Positions 12,850-26,089 of a stretch of 64,000 nucleotides of DNA are shown here, one piece after another. Every line of letters begins with the position of its first letter. Within the stretch, counting starts at the first letter, position 1. Source of the DNA: Eledone cirrhosa (lineage: Eukaryota); NCBI GenBank assembly GCA_964016885.1, contig OZ024745.1, forward strand, positions 103,602,001 through 103,666,000, written 5' to 3'. The notes beneath the pieces were generated by a model. The model was not told the DNA's origin. It saw only the letters and a list, made by a program, of their open reading frames with translations, and did no database searches. Made by a program: the position numbers and the translations under genes.

Positions 12850-13184
12850 GCATGGTTTAGTGGTTAGAACATGGGGCTTACAATCGGAAGGTTGTGAGTT
12901 CGATTCTCAGACCGGGTAATGTGTTGTGTCCTTGAGCAAGACACTTTATTTCACATTGCTCCAGTTTACTCAACTGTAGAAATGAGTTGTGACATCAGTG
13001 GTGTCAAGCTGTATCAGCCATTGCCTTTCCCTTGGACATCATCAGTGGCAATGAGAGGGGTAGCTGGTATGCATGGCTGACTGCTGGTCTTCCACAAACA
13101 ACCTTGCCCGGATTTGTGCCTTAGAGGGAAACTTTCTAGGTACAAATCCCATGGCTATTTGTGACTGAAGGGAGTCTTTACCCT
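12850..13184 (+). mobile_element. tRNA-derived CORE-like SINE (family A); other copies 16305-16640 (-), 21343-21683 (+)
   Basis: A/B-box-like tggtttagtgg...gagttcgattctc followed by gtgtccttgagcaagacactttatttcacattgctccag. Confidence 0.8.
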
Positions 13185-13502
13185 ATTATGGCCCTTTAAG
13201 TTCTGAGTTCAAATCCCACCAAGGTTTGCTTTGCCTTTCGTCCTTATGGGGCCAATAAAATAAAGTAGTAGTTACGCAATGGGGTCGATTTAATCGATTT
13301 TCCCCCTCTCCTAAATTGCTGGCCTTGTGCCCAAATCAGAAATTATTATTTTTTTATGTTTTTCGATGCTGTTATATTTTAGGTGGAACTTTTTAAGGCA
13401 ATGTTTTGTGGCTAAATACCCTTCCGGGTAGCAATTTTTAGTTGATTTTTAAGACATGAAGTATGAGATACAAGATATCTATTCATAAAAAAGGGATACA
13501 CA

Positions 13503-13538
<36 letters not shown>

Positions 13539-13619
13539 GCGAGGTTATAGGAAATATATTTGCTATACTCCCATAACCTACTACAGTCAGTAGGCATCTC
13601 TATCAAAACACACCCCCGT

Positions 13620-13951
13620 CCCACTATCCCCACCCCATCCACACCACCCCTTTCAATGTAAAGTTATGTTGGTACCACAACATCCAGCCCGAAACAAACG
13701 AGGTCGTGTAGGTGTCACGACAAAAAAACACACAGTCCACGTTGTAATGTGGCCATGTAGGTAACACGGTAAAAACCTCCCAGTTCCACACTGTAAATGT
13801 GGTTGGTGTTAGGAAGGGCATCCAGCTGTAGAAAACCCGCCAGACAGTCCTATGCGAGCAAGACAATCACTCTTGCCTCAAGTGGGAAAACTCCCGTCCA
13901 AACCCATGCGAGCGTGGAATATGGACGTTAAACGATGATGATGATGATGAT
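13620..13951 (+). mobile_element. SINE-like element with 48-bp subunits and RTE tail (family C); close copies 28555-28893 (+), 52788-53090 (-), more diverged 56060-56392, 39920-40135
   Basis: Shared ccacactgtaaatgtggttggtgttaggaagggcatccagc...aacccatgc...ggacgttaaacgatgatg. Confidence 0.8.
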
Positions 13952-13960
13952 ATGTATATA

Positions 13961-14006
<46 letters not shown>

Positions 14007-14037
14007 TATATAGATATATATATACATATATACATAC

Positions 14038-14069
<32 letters not shown>

Positions 14070-14125
14070 ATACACATATAGTTCAAGGAAACGAAAAACA
14101 GATACAAAAGTTTTATTAGTTTGTT

Positions 14126-14230
<105 letters not shown>

Positions 14231-14249
14231 CATACATATGTGTATATAT

Positions 14250-14338
<89 letters not shown>

Positions 14339-15361
14339 CATACATATATGTGTATATATATATAGAAATTCACATATATGCATGCACACACATACCTACA
14401 CATACACACATGTTACGTGTCTCGAGTTACTTCCACAATTTGTACACAGCAGACTTTCATAGTGGTTAATTTGCTGATGTAAGAAACTTGTTGTTTAGCC
14501 CCAGGTCATTTCCAATACTGCTGAGCCTTGATCAAAGAGATTTTAGTCATGTCCATAAAAAGAGAGAATGACCATAATTCGATGGAGATTTAGCAACTAT
14601 TTCTAGCTATTTGAGCACCAATCTTGTGTGCTCATACAATCTAATATCTATAATGCTGATTATTCAATGCTTATGTCTGCTTATTTAATGTTGGGGTTAC
14701 AATGAATTTATAGAGCTTGCCCTATTTGCTTGCCTGCTAAAAGTAGTTAGTCAAAGGCTTCATTGAGAAATCTGTCAAGGTTTTCTGTAAAAAAAAATTT
14801 CAAGCAATATCCATAATCAGATTTCAACGAAAGATCTCTAAAGGAAAGAAACTGGTAATGCATCTGTATTGAAATAGCTGTTAGTCAGCTGATGTGATTT
14901 TATTAAGATTTGGCTGTTAAGAAACTGTCTGGAATGGTAATTCCATGGGGAGTTGACCTGCCATAAGAATAAGCCCCCCGGGCAATAACTATGTTTTACT
15001 CTTATTATATAAAATAAATTGTGGTTCTCATTTGTTTAAATACTTTGATAAAGGAGATAAAATTCAGACAATATATGATAGTATCCAGGGGTTGCCTTCT
15101 GCATGAAGAACTTATAGTTAAGTGCAGACTAACATACTTAATGTAGTGAATCAGAAATATATCCACAAAAAGAAGAAAAACCATTTGTGTTAATGGCAAT
15201 TCTTGTCAATAATGGCAAAGAAGAGGACTCTGAAATGTTATCTGATTAACAATTAAAATGAGACAAGCAGTGTTAAGAGATTTTAATCTTTGGCAGTTAT
15301 AGTGACAACTCTTGGCCTGTTTTGGCTGCATGAGAATTCCTCAGCGAAGTATAATCTAATA

Positions 15362-15566
15362 TAGGCATGTTGAACGTGTGGCCCACGGGCCACATGTGGC
15401 CCTTTACAAGCACATCTGTGGCCCGCACAAAGGTTTTTACAATGTGAGCATCTTTTATCTTCGTAAAATCAGTTGTAATGTGTGCAATTAGTTGTTGTAT
15501 GTGGCCCTCAGACAACACATATGTGACCCATGAGGCCCTCAGGGGACCCTAAGTTTGACATGCCTG
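15362..15566. mobile_element. hAT (Charlie-like) MITE
   Basis: TIR taggcatgttgaac / gtttgacatgcctg; 8-bp TSD atctaata / atctaaca; internal tgtggccc repeats. Confidence 0.85.
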
Positions 15567-16981
15567 ATCTAACACATACCTGTAAAACATTTTTGGATTA
15601 TAGTTTTTATGGCTCACTACATTAAGTTCACACTTAACTATAAGTTATTCATGCAGAAAGCAACACTTGGATATTGTCTGAATTTTATCCCAGCTTTCAA
15701 AGTATTTCAACAAATGAGAACTACAATTTATTTTATTCAGGAAATGACACAAACAAGAGTAAAACATACTTACTGCCTGATGAGGCAATTTAAAATAATG
15801 ATATTGGAAAATTTCCCAGAGATGCTTTTTGCATGGAGGACATATTGTAGTTAAATGTGAGCTGACATCAGTGGCATATGTTGATTGTAAACACAAAATG
15901 TGCTACCATACTGAACCTATGATTCTGGCATACATATTACTTTAAAATAGACATATAAACTTTAGACTATTTCTATACCTAAAATGACTTTAACTTAATC
16001 TATGTTTCTAAATGTGTATTATTAGATTTGAAACCAAATTACAACCATATTCTAACATGGTACTACTACAAGCAGAAAATAATTATAAATAAAATTAGTT
16101 CAGCTAATGATTTTTCAATAAATTTATTCTTATGACCTTTAGTTTTATCATGCCATGATACAACTAGATGAATAACTGCCACAATATTTAGTTTTTTTAT
16201 TCTGATATGTGATTATATTACTGACTCGGCTTAATATTTAAGATGAATTACTATCTTTGGTATGTATTCAGAGCACACCTAGAATATATATCCCTGGCTA
16301 ACAAAGATCCCCTTCGGTCATGACTGGCCATGGGATTTGCACCGAGAAAGTTCCTCTCCGAGGCAGGAGTCCGGGCAAGGTTGTTTGTGGAAAACCAGCA
16401 GTCACCCATTCATACCAGTCTCCCCTTTCCATGTCACCACTGATGTTGTCCAAGAAAAAGGCAATGGCCAATACAGCTTGGCACCAGTGACATTGAAACT
16501 CATTTCTACAGCTGAGTGAAGTGGAGCAATGTGAAATAAAGTGTCTTGCTCAAGAACACAACTTAAAGCCTGGTCTGAGAATCGAACGCACAACCTTCTG
16601 ATTGCAGGCCCAATGCTCCAACCACGAAGCCATGTACCTTCATACTTATGATAAATTATAAGATGATAACTAGCTGGGGAAAAGAGATTGAAATTGAAAT
16701 GAAAATAGGCTTTTGTTGTTGAGCTTTCAGCTGTCTTTGGAAGTTTTTGCCCATTACCCTGATGTTATATAACTTTGTCCAGTGGCACATGTGTTGTAAC
16801 ACATAAATTTTATTTGTATCATGTGTGTGAGTCCTTGTGACTAATAAAGAAATCATTATGATTATTATCATTGGTGTTGCTATAACAGCTAGAAAATCTT
16901 TGATGTCTGTGATCTTTGATATAATGTTTGTCTCCAATTCAAAGTGGGAATTTAGCTGAGACAGTTTTTTCCCTCTCTCTG

Positions 16982-17093
<112 letters not shown>

Positions 17094-17112
17094 CGTACAT
17101 ATATATATATAT

Positions 17113-17144
<32 letters not shown>

Positions 17145-17163
17145 ATAGAAATGGCTTCTGCAA

Positions 17164-17328
17164 GACTAGAACTGTTTCATTCAAAGGAAATCATCAGGAA
17201 AGCCAACTGTTAGTGTAATACAATGGTATTTGTATGTTCCAAACACCAAAAAAAACAGACAAATACCACTGTATTACAATGCCAGTTTGCTTTCCTGATG
17301 ATTTTCTTCAAATGAAATCGTTCTAGTC
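17164..17328. repeat. About 165 bp imperfect hairpin
   Basis: gactagaac...aaatcatcaggaaagc...gtatttgt is inverted versus acaaatac...gctttcctgatgattt...gttctagtc. Confidence 0.8.
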
Positions 17329-17473
17329 CCTGTCATTTCTAGATTAAATTTGTTGTTTACAATCTACTAATGTATTGAGTACCTTGCTTACTGTGACTAT
17401 CCCTGACTAAATCCAGGACTCACACACACATATATATATTACCCATGCTAGCATGGAAGATAGACGTTAAACT

Positions 17474-17512
<39 letters not shown>

Positions 17513-17629
17513 TTATATATATATAGTAATAATAAGAAATTTAAAGACTAAAATCCAAAGAGGGACCGATAAGGATAAATATATATCAAATATATAAGAA
17601 CCGTAGAGCAAAGATTTATTAAAATAACA

Positions 17630-17700
17630 GATTAAAGTTTAAGCAAAGAATCGCTGCTTTCACCTTTAATGGGATCTTCTGAAAATAAAAAAATCAATCT
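17630..17700 (-). ncRNA. Variant hammerhead (core CAGAAGA) in 3' pLTR of second Penelope element
   Basis: Minus strand: ttt CAGAAGA tccc attaa aggt GAAA gcagcgattctttgCTT aaact. Confidence 0.5.
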
Positions 17701-18133
17701 GTGAACACAGAATTAAATATTTCGAAAAATGTTGCAACCGAAGGAAGACAGGAAGACGATACTTTGGTTCGTGGAAACGTTCCCTGGCAATGAACGGAAA
17801 AAAAACCCAAAGATAATACATCATTATGTGGAGTGATGAGAACAATTACACGCAAAGACAAAACCACCTTTATGGTAGAATGAAGTCGTAGACTAAAATT
17901 CTATTTAGGAAGCCGAACGATTCTCGGCTTCAGCGTTAAGAGTAATGTAAATAAATTACAGAGGTTTTTGAAATCAACAATAATTAAATAAATACATGCA
18001 CGCATCCATATACGTACATATACATGCATTCGCGAAAACAAAGCACGTACACAAAAACACGCACACACATACAAAACCCGCACAACACCTGTACCTGCAC
18101 ACATACGAACGTATACACCAAATACACATAAAA

Positions 18134-18332
<199 letters not shown>

Positions 18333-18561
18333 TATATATACACAAACGCAAAATACACGTATACACATAACCATATACGCATGTACCAGTATATATAATA
18401 TAATATATACACCTATAACAAATACAGGCAAATATACGTACGAGAAAGTATACGTACCTTCACAAAACATACAGGTAATATATACTTACCTATACAAATA
18501 AGTAATGGTATAAACATAAAATATACTTAGCTACCACACCAAGACGTAAATTATCCGCGTA

Positions 18562-19830
18562 CTATCCGTTAGGGTATAATGTGGGGCTGTAATACAGGAA
18601 AGTTTTATGCAATTTATGTTTACAAGCCGAAATTGACTCAGATTTTTTGTTTAAGATGTTGTCATTGGCGTAGAGTATTACTAGGGCTTCAGCGGCACAG
18701 AAGTCACATGGTCTTTTATTTCCATTATATGATCTAGCTTTAGCTAGGATCTCCCAGTGTAACCTATATTGGGTGTGGTTGTCTTTTAGACTCCAGATAT
18801 AGGCCGAAAGTGGCGTCATATTCCTTCTTAAAGCGTTAAGAAAAGAATGGGTATGCATGTAAAGACGCTGCTTGAATCTATTGGCGGTTAACCCTATATA
18901 GGCTCTACTGGACGTGGGTGTTTCAACCTTACATTTGTAGACAATGTTACTGGAGAAGCATTTCCCGGATAGGGGCAGTCAACCCGATTCCTACAATTGC
19001 AGTTAGTACTAGCTACAGGGTTGCACGTGTTCCTACGGCTAGGTAATTTAGCTAAATTTAAAGTAGTGATGTTATGTGCAAGGTTAGGAGTCGTAGAGTA
19101 AGAAATTTTAATGGTATTTCTATTAAAAATGTTATATTTATGTGCTGGTGGGGAATGCTTCTTAATAAGGGAGAGAAATATCTTAGCTAATGGTGTGTCC
19201 ACCTCCATATTATATGGTAGGTTATACCATATAATGCGTCGGGATCTATTTTTCCTAGGTCTATGCTACCTTATCGACAAATCCACTCCGAGCAAGAGCT
19301 TCATTGTAATATGTGGAATGGTCGGTGAAAATATGCTCGTTTGTAGATAGACGGGAAAGCCTCAAAGAAACGTTTCTTACCAGGTTCTTGGTTATGCTGG
19401 CAGGATGGTTAGAATGCTTACTTATGTAATTAAGCGTATCATTCGGCTTTCTATACGGGTAGTGCAAGCCATTCGACAAATTGAAGATAACGTCGAGGTA
19501 ATTAACAACCGAGAGGTTTGCCTCAACCTCTATTGAGCCTTTAAAGAAGGTTGTGAGTTCTTTTCTGAACCTGTCGCAAGCACGTGGGCCACACTTTGTC
19601 ATGGTCAAAAGACCGTCATCACGGTACAAACCACCGCCCACGTTGGGGAATTCTTCCTTGATAGAGAAAAGAAGGAAAAGGCCGATAAGATCAGCAACCT
19701 CCGCAGAATTGCTGGTGCCCATACTCACGTCGAATGGGGTACTATTAGAATTTTTAATCCAAATAGAGTCGTCGAAATTAATCACCGACTTACGGGCATT
19801 GAGGATGGCATCAACTTCGAAATCCTTTTG
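18562..19830 (-). mobile_element. Penelope-like element (Neptune-like), RT + GIY-YIG, 5' truncated and frameshifted
   Basis: FDVSMG..AEVADLIGLFLL, GGLYRDDGL, VNYLDV, PYRKPN, SNHP, CNCRNRVDCP, CDFCAAE, LNKKSE..CKH. Confidence 0.92.
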
Positions 19831-19997
19831 CCAGGGAACGTCTCCACGAACTAAAATATCGTCTTCCTGTCTTCCTTCGGTTGCAACGTTTTTTGAAATA
19901 TTTACTTCTGCGTTCACAGATTGATTATTTTAGTTTCAGAAGATCCCGTTAAGGGTGAAAGCAGCGATTCTTTGCTTAAACTTTAATCTGTTATTTT

Positions 19998-20002
<5 letters not shown>
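19828..20002 (+). repeat. Inverted pLTR copy at the 5' end of second Penelope element (mirror of 17617-17790)
   Basis: Close reverse-complement match; ends in (TA)n. Confidence 0.9.
19920..19988 (+). ncRNA. Variant type I hammerhead (U4A core)
   Basis: agttt CAGAAGA t ccc gttaa ggg t GAAA gcag..ttgCTT aaact; all three stems pair, with distal stem I gattga/ttaatc. Confidence 0.6.
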
Positions 20003-20056
<54 letters not shown>

Positions 20057-22527
20057 CTTTAAATCACTGGGTTTCTCACATAAAGCACCAATAACTGCAT
20101 GCCTTTTCATTTCTTGTGTTAGCATCTACTGTGTCATGGGTGTCTGAAAAGAAAAAAATTATTTTAATTTAATGAAAGTGAATAATATATCAAAAATACA
20201 GTGTCCTCAAATATGCACCCTGTATGTATTTCAGAACGTTTTTTATAAATCCTATTTTCTAAATCTGAGGGTGCACTTGTGAAAGGAAGGGGGTTGGGAT
20301 GCCATCCCTCTCCCTCTCTCCTCTGTCTCCTTGGTAACATGCCTCACTGGAAACACTGACTGAAGTTACTGGTTGGTTCTGTACTGATGAGGGAGATGCT
20401 TTGGTATCATACCTTTGTAATCACTGGTATTAATGCTGAGGGGGGATTTTATTTCTTTTCCAAACCATCATGGAATGGGAATTGTTGGTGCCTTAGCAGC
20501 AACAGCAGTCTTGTTCAGTATCTCTGTGGTTTGCACCTTAAGACCTGCAGCTGTTGTTACTTCTGCTACATTTTGTTTATATTCCTCAAGACTTACCACG
20601 TCTGGAGGCACCATGTTTAAAAAATTACTTTAAAAAATGATTTCCTGGTGAAAAATTTCAAAAAGTTAATAAAGCCAAAGCAGGAGAAAAACATGAAATT
20701 AAATACAAATTCCTTTCTAAAACAGTTTAAAACAAGAAAAACAGAAAATACACCCACTTGAATGATAAACAAAAGTAAATCCAGAAGCACTGAATTAAAA
20801 TAATATTAGTAATAATGTTTAATACAAGTACAAGGCTAGAAATTTACTGGAAGTATCAGAAGTGGTGGAAGCATTTCTGAATTGGGGCTGGTGGGCAAAT
20901 TTTGTCAATTTAGCTGTAGTGATTAGTTTAGCTGTTATTATCAAATATCAACCAATATAAAAAGAATTTGATGTGCTATAAATATAACATGTATATAAAT
21001 TGTAGTTCATATACAAATAGATGTGTGTTTTGGTAGTTTGGGGCAAAAATATTATTTTGGGCAGCCATGACCCCCACTCCAGTTCCATCATCCCTGAGTA
21101 TATAGTTGATTATATCAACTCTGGTATGTACAAGTGGTTTAAGGATATCTTCCTTGTTAAAGCAGAGGTTATCCTTGCAAGGGTTGATAAAAAGCTTCTT
21201 ATGATGGGGTTCAGTTTATAGCAATGTTTTACTGCTGGATGCTCTTCCTAGAGCTAAATCTTTTAGTCAACTTTTACAACATGCATAGTATGGTGTACCT
21301 ACTCTAAATTGAATACACATAGTAAGGCTCCAGTACTGTAAAGGCGCATGGCTTAGTGGTTAGAGTTTGGTGTTTGCAATCAGAAGGTTGTGAGTTTGAT
21401 TCTCAGACTAGATGATGTGTTGTATCCTTGAGCAAGACACTTCATTTCATGCTGCTCCAGTTTACTCAGCTGTAGAAATAAGTTGTGATGTCACTGGTGC
21501 CAGGCTGTATCGGCCATTGCCTTTCCCTTAGACAACACCAGTAGCATGTAGAGGGGGTGATTGGTATGCATGGATGACTGTTGGTCTTCTACAAACAACC
21601 TTGGCCAGACTTGTGCCTCGGAGGGGAAATTTCTATGTGCAAATTCCATGGTCATTCATGACCAAAGGGGGTCTTTATCCTTTAGTACTTAACTGGTACT
21701 TTACTTAAACTAGGCAAGGTTTTCAATCCTAGCTTAATTACAATTTTTTTAAATGTATGTGTATAAATATTTGTTTTAAAAATAAGGAAATAAAGAAAAT
21801 TTGAACATTATTGTACATATCATCAGAAAACCGTTATTTAACACTTTAATAGCTTTTGTATTAGCGATGGCATTTTGAGCTTAAAGTACTGTGACATGTA
21901 TATATATATATATATATGTGGGGAGGGGGTGTAAGAGTATATATATATGTATATATGATGTTGATATATATATATATGTGTGTGTGTGTGAATGTGTGGG
22001 GTGTAAGAGTGTATATGTGTGTATATATGTGTGTGTTTGTGAGAGGGTGTAAGGGTATGTATATATGTTTGTGTTTATAGAGACAGGGAAAGTGTGGGGG
22101 TGGTGGTGGTGAGAATGTTAACTTACAATAAAGCTGAGTGTGTTGAAATTGCAGTTTTGCTTCAGAAGTATTAGCCGTTATATGCCTAAGTGCAAGGTTG
22201 GCTACACTGGTAATGGTTATATAATACCAGTGGTATTAATACCAGTGACAAGTATGGGGCATAGAGACAGACCAAATAATATCAAAAAAGCACCAGAGGT
22301 GAGGGTTGATCTAAGAATGATGAGCTTAACAGAAATGTGGCAGTATAGGATTACCAACAAAGATTTCTAGCTTGAGAGAGTTAAAATTAAAGTATTTTTC
22401 AAAGCTAGTGGTTTATTAGACTGGATTATATAATGTTAAGAAAGGATACATTGAATAATGTAGTCCTAAAGATACAAAGATGGGAGGGTCATGGCGAAAA
22501 TGTTTTTAATTATAGTTCTACTTGAGG

Positions 22528-22745
22528 GCGGTAGATTTGTAGTTTTGGTAAAGCATCGGACACCATGCTTTACATCATAGAGTCATGGCTCTTTAAGGTC
22601 TGAGTTCAAATCCCGCCGAGGTTAACTTTACCTTTCATCCTTACAGGGTTGATGAAATAAAGTACCAGTCAAGCACTGGGGTTGATTTAATTTACTTTCC
22701 CCTCCCCTCAAATTGTTGGCATTATGCCTAATGTAGAAACAATTA
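22528..22745 (+). mobile_element. tRNA-derived Nin-domain-like SINE (family B); further copies near 13185, 23778, 29625, 34183, 40553, 45283, 45505, 46051, 46357, 56927, 57543, 58822, 61800
   Basis: gagttcaaatcccgccgaggttaactttgcctttcatccttacggggtcgataaaataaagtaccag motif. Confidence 0.85.
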
Positions 22746-23156
22746 TAGTTCTACTTAATTGGAGCTGACCTTAGGCCAAACAACAACATCTTAAAGGCTT
22801 TGAGCCAGCTATGTAGCTCCTAATTGGGTGCTCAACCTGCTAGCAATAACAGCCAAGTTTCAATTTTAAAATATTTATAATAAAAACATCCATTTTTTTA
22901 ATCGATTCTTCCTCCAGATCTCTTTCTCACTTCCATTCTCCCAATCTCTATCCTTCTCTGGAAGAAATCTGCTGTATTCATACGTGGAGAGAAGGCCTCT
23001 GCCAGGTTTTAAAATACCCTAGACATGACATATTTCAATATGGCATACCTACGACTCCCTGAGGAGTTATAGGGAAAAAGAAGAAAGGAGAAAAATGTCA
23101 ACTTAATGAAAAGGTTATTTAACTAAAATTCTCCAAAATTTTGGTTATTTGCAGCA

Positions 23157-23385
23157 TTAACCCTTTAGCATTTACATTACTCTATATTTACTATTATATT
23201 TTCATGGTAAAGGATTTACCTCACATAATTATCTCACATAATATTGAATCTATGAGATTTTGATATTATTTATTTTGAGAACAATACCTTAACATCAGTA
23301 TGAGTGGCTGGTTACATCTGGTTTGAACAGAAAGTGGTGAGAGAATTCTGGCCCGATATGGCTGGTTTAAATGCTAAAGGTTTAA
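23157..23385. mobile_element. piggyBac-type MITE; copies 26123-26336, 26466-26689, 27007-27225, 34086-34489, partial near 12595-12720
   Basis: TTAA-ccctttagcattta ... taaatgctaaaggg-TTAA termini. Confidence 0.85.
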
Positions 23386-24009
23386 CTAAACCACATTCAA
23401 TGTATTTCATGAGAAATATTATAATGAAAGGGTTAAAAGAATATAATATATCGAATAAATAATGTAGTTTGCTGATTGAAAAAGAAAAGCTGGAATGGTT
23501 ATAACAAGAATTTGTTTGATTATAGATATACTTACTCGGTACTGACCTTGGGTTAAACAGTAACAACTCATTGCTATAAGGTCTGTTAGAGTGGAGAGCT
23601 AAGTTTATTTCTACCTATTAATGTGTAACTTAGTGGAGGATGAGAGATTATTCCAGGATGAGTAATCCAAGATTCTTCAATTGTAGGTTAAAGGTGAGGA
23701 AATTTTTCAATCTGAAAAGGTCATTTTTTAGCAAAAAGAAAAAAGTAAATAAATAAATAAATAATAATAAATGATTTATGATTTAGGCACAAGGCCAGCA
23801 ATTTTTGGGGGAGGGGTAAGTCAATTAAATTGAGCCCAGTGCATTACTGGTGCTTTATTTATCAACCTCGCAAGGATGAAACCTCAGTGAGATTTGAACT
23901 CAGAATGTAAAGGGCCATAACACTATGCTGCAAAGCATGGTGTTTGATGCTCTACCGATACTGCCAATCTACCAATAATAATAATAATAACAATAAAAAG
24001 AAGAATAAG

Positions 24010-24120
24010 AATCCTCCGATACGTCCTGAATATCTGAGGTTACAGGTAGTGGCTTGATGTTCATTTGAACAAACTTTCCAGTTAAATAAAATCAATGACT
24101 GAGACTCCAATAATAATAAT
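24010..24120 (+). mobile_element. 3' end of R4/Dong LINE in a (TAA)n tract
   Basis: atacgtcctgaatatctgagg...actgagactc matches the reverse complement of 57982-58071. Confidence 0.8.
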
Positions 24121-24194
24121 ACTAATAATAATAATAGTAATAATAATAATAATTGAGACTACTGGAGCTGCAAAAGTTATTATGAATAACAATG

Positions 24195-24541
24195 GAGGCA
24201 CATGGCTTAGTGGTTAGAGCATTGGCCTTGCAATCGAAAGGTTGTGAGTTCAATTCTCAGACCGGGTGATCTGTTGTTTCCTTGAGCAAGACACTTTATT
24301 TCACATTGCTCCAGTTTACTCAGCTGTAGAAATGAGATGATAGGGACTGGGATCCCTATCATTCCACTGCAAAGTGGTCGTGTAGAGGCCACGGAAAAAA
24401 AATCACCCAGCACTCACTGTAAATGAGGTTGGTGTTAGGAAGGGCATCCAGCTGTAGAAATCAAGCCAGAATCAGTTCCCGTCCCACCCTTGCAAGCAGG
24501 GAAAAGCGGACGTAAAATGAAATGATGATGATGATGATGAA
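24195..24541 (+). mobile_element. CORE-like SINE with RTE-derived 3' tail
   Basis: tRNA head, CORE-like body, and tail identical to the RTE 3' end at 55067-55109. Confidence 0.85.
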
Positions 24542-24688
24542 TTACATAGTCCCGATATGTGCAAGATATAGTGTGGCCATCTGGCCTGACTTGCCTCATA
24601 ACAGGACCACCCAGTTCCACACTGTAAACATGGTTGGTGTTAGGAAGGGCACCCAGCAGCCGTAAAAACCCAGCCTAAACATGACCTC

Positions 24689-25190
24689 CACTATGAGCAA
24701 GGCATGGTGCAGTCAACTGCCCAGACCTCCCTCGACCTTCACTATAAGCAAGGCATGGTGTGGTCAACTGCCCAGACCTCCCTCGACCTTCACTATGAGC
24801 AAAGCATGGTGTGGTCAACTGCCCAGACCTCCCTCGACCTTCACTATAAGCAAGGCATGGTGTGGTCAACTGCCCAGACCTCCCTCGACCTTCACTATAA
24901 GCAAGGCATGGTGTGGTCAACTGCCCAGACCTCCCTCGACCTTCACTATGAGCAAAGCATGGTGCAGTCAACTGCCCAGACCTCCCTCGACCTTCACTAT
25001 AAGCAAGGCATGGTGTGGTCAACTGCCCAGACCTCCCTCGACCTTCACTATGAGCAAAGCATGGTGTGGTCAACTGCCCAGACCTCCCTCGACCTTCACT
25101 ATGAGCAAAGCATGGTGTGGTCAACTGCCCAGACCTCCCTCGACCTTCACTATGAGCAAGGCATGGTGTAGTCAACTGGCCAGACCTCCC
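24689..25190. repeat. 51 bp minisatellite, about 10 copies, inside a family C element
   Basis: Unit cactat(g/a)agcaa(g/a)gcatggtgtggtcaactgcccagacctccctcgacctt. Confidence 0.95.
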
Positions 25191-25699
25191 TCATAATGGG
25201 ACCACCCAGCTTCCAAATTACAGTGTCGCTGTGAGCAGGGTACAGCACAGTCAACTGGCCAGACCCTCCTCACAACAGTGCCACCAAGTTCCACACTGTA
25301 AATATGGTTGGTGTTAGGAAGGGAATCCAGCTGTAAAAATCCGGGCCAAAATACAGTTCCGTTTGAGCAAGGTATTTTACGACCAACTGGCCAGACTTGT
25401 ATCATAAAGTGGACAATCCATCTAACCCATGCCAGCATGGAAAGATAGACATTAAACGATGATGATGATGATGATGAAAACATGTATTTAGCTTACTTTT
25501 TTCTAACTCAGTGTGATTTTTATCTGAAATTACTTCAATGTCAAAGTGATAAGCTGTGGTTTTAATTTTAATACAAGATTGTAAAAAAAAGATTTCAGAA
25601 CACCTTTTAAGATGCTGTTTCAGGGCAACAGGTTCCTTTTCCTGCTATACATAAAAGATTTTTCCACTTTTTCACTTCATGATAGTAACAACCTTTCTT

Positions 25700-25808
25700 T
25701 TCAACCCTCACATTACCACAATTCTAACAACAAAATAATAATAATAATGATTTCTTTATCATTATAATTTTTTTGTTTTGTTAAAATTGTGGTAATGTGA
25801 GGGTTAAA
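25700..25808. mobile_element. Short hairpin MITE with piggyBac-like ends
   Basis: aaccctcacattaccacaatt / aattgtggtaatgtgagggttaa. Confidence 0.65.
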
Positions 25809-26058
25809 AAAAAACTAATAATAATAAAAAGATACTACCTATGATTTTCAAATAATTCTGAAAATAATCAAGAATTTGGAGGAATTACATAATATAACTA
25901 ATGTTCTCATCAAATTACTATTCAGAACATAACTTAACAAAGGTTCTTACATGAAATTATAATGGAAGGTTTTAGGTGTCACTGCTTAACTCTTTTGACA
26001 CCAACCCACCTGAAATTGACCTTGGTTTTATGATACAAAACTGTTTCTTTTAATGTTT

Positions 26059-26089
<31 letters not shown>

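Noticed and set aside
20455-20614. Antizyme-like +1 frameshift at CCA-TGA
   Set aside because: The +1 frame stops after 6 codons and shows no antizyme similarity
21343-21410. tRNA gene (also at other SINE heads)
   Set aside because: Continues into a SINE body with no intact cloverleaf
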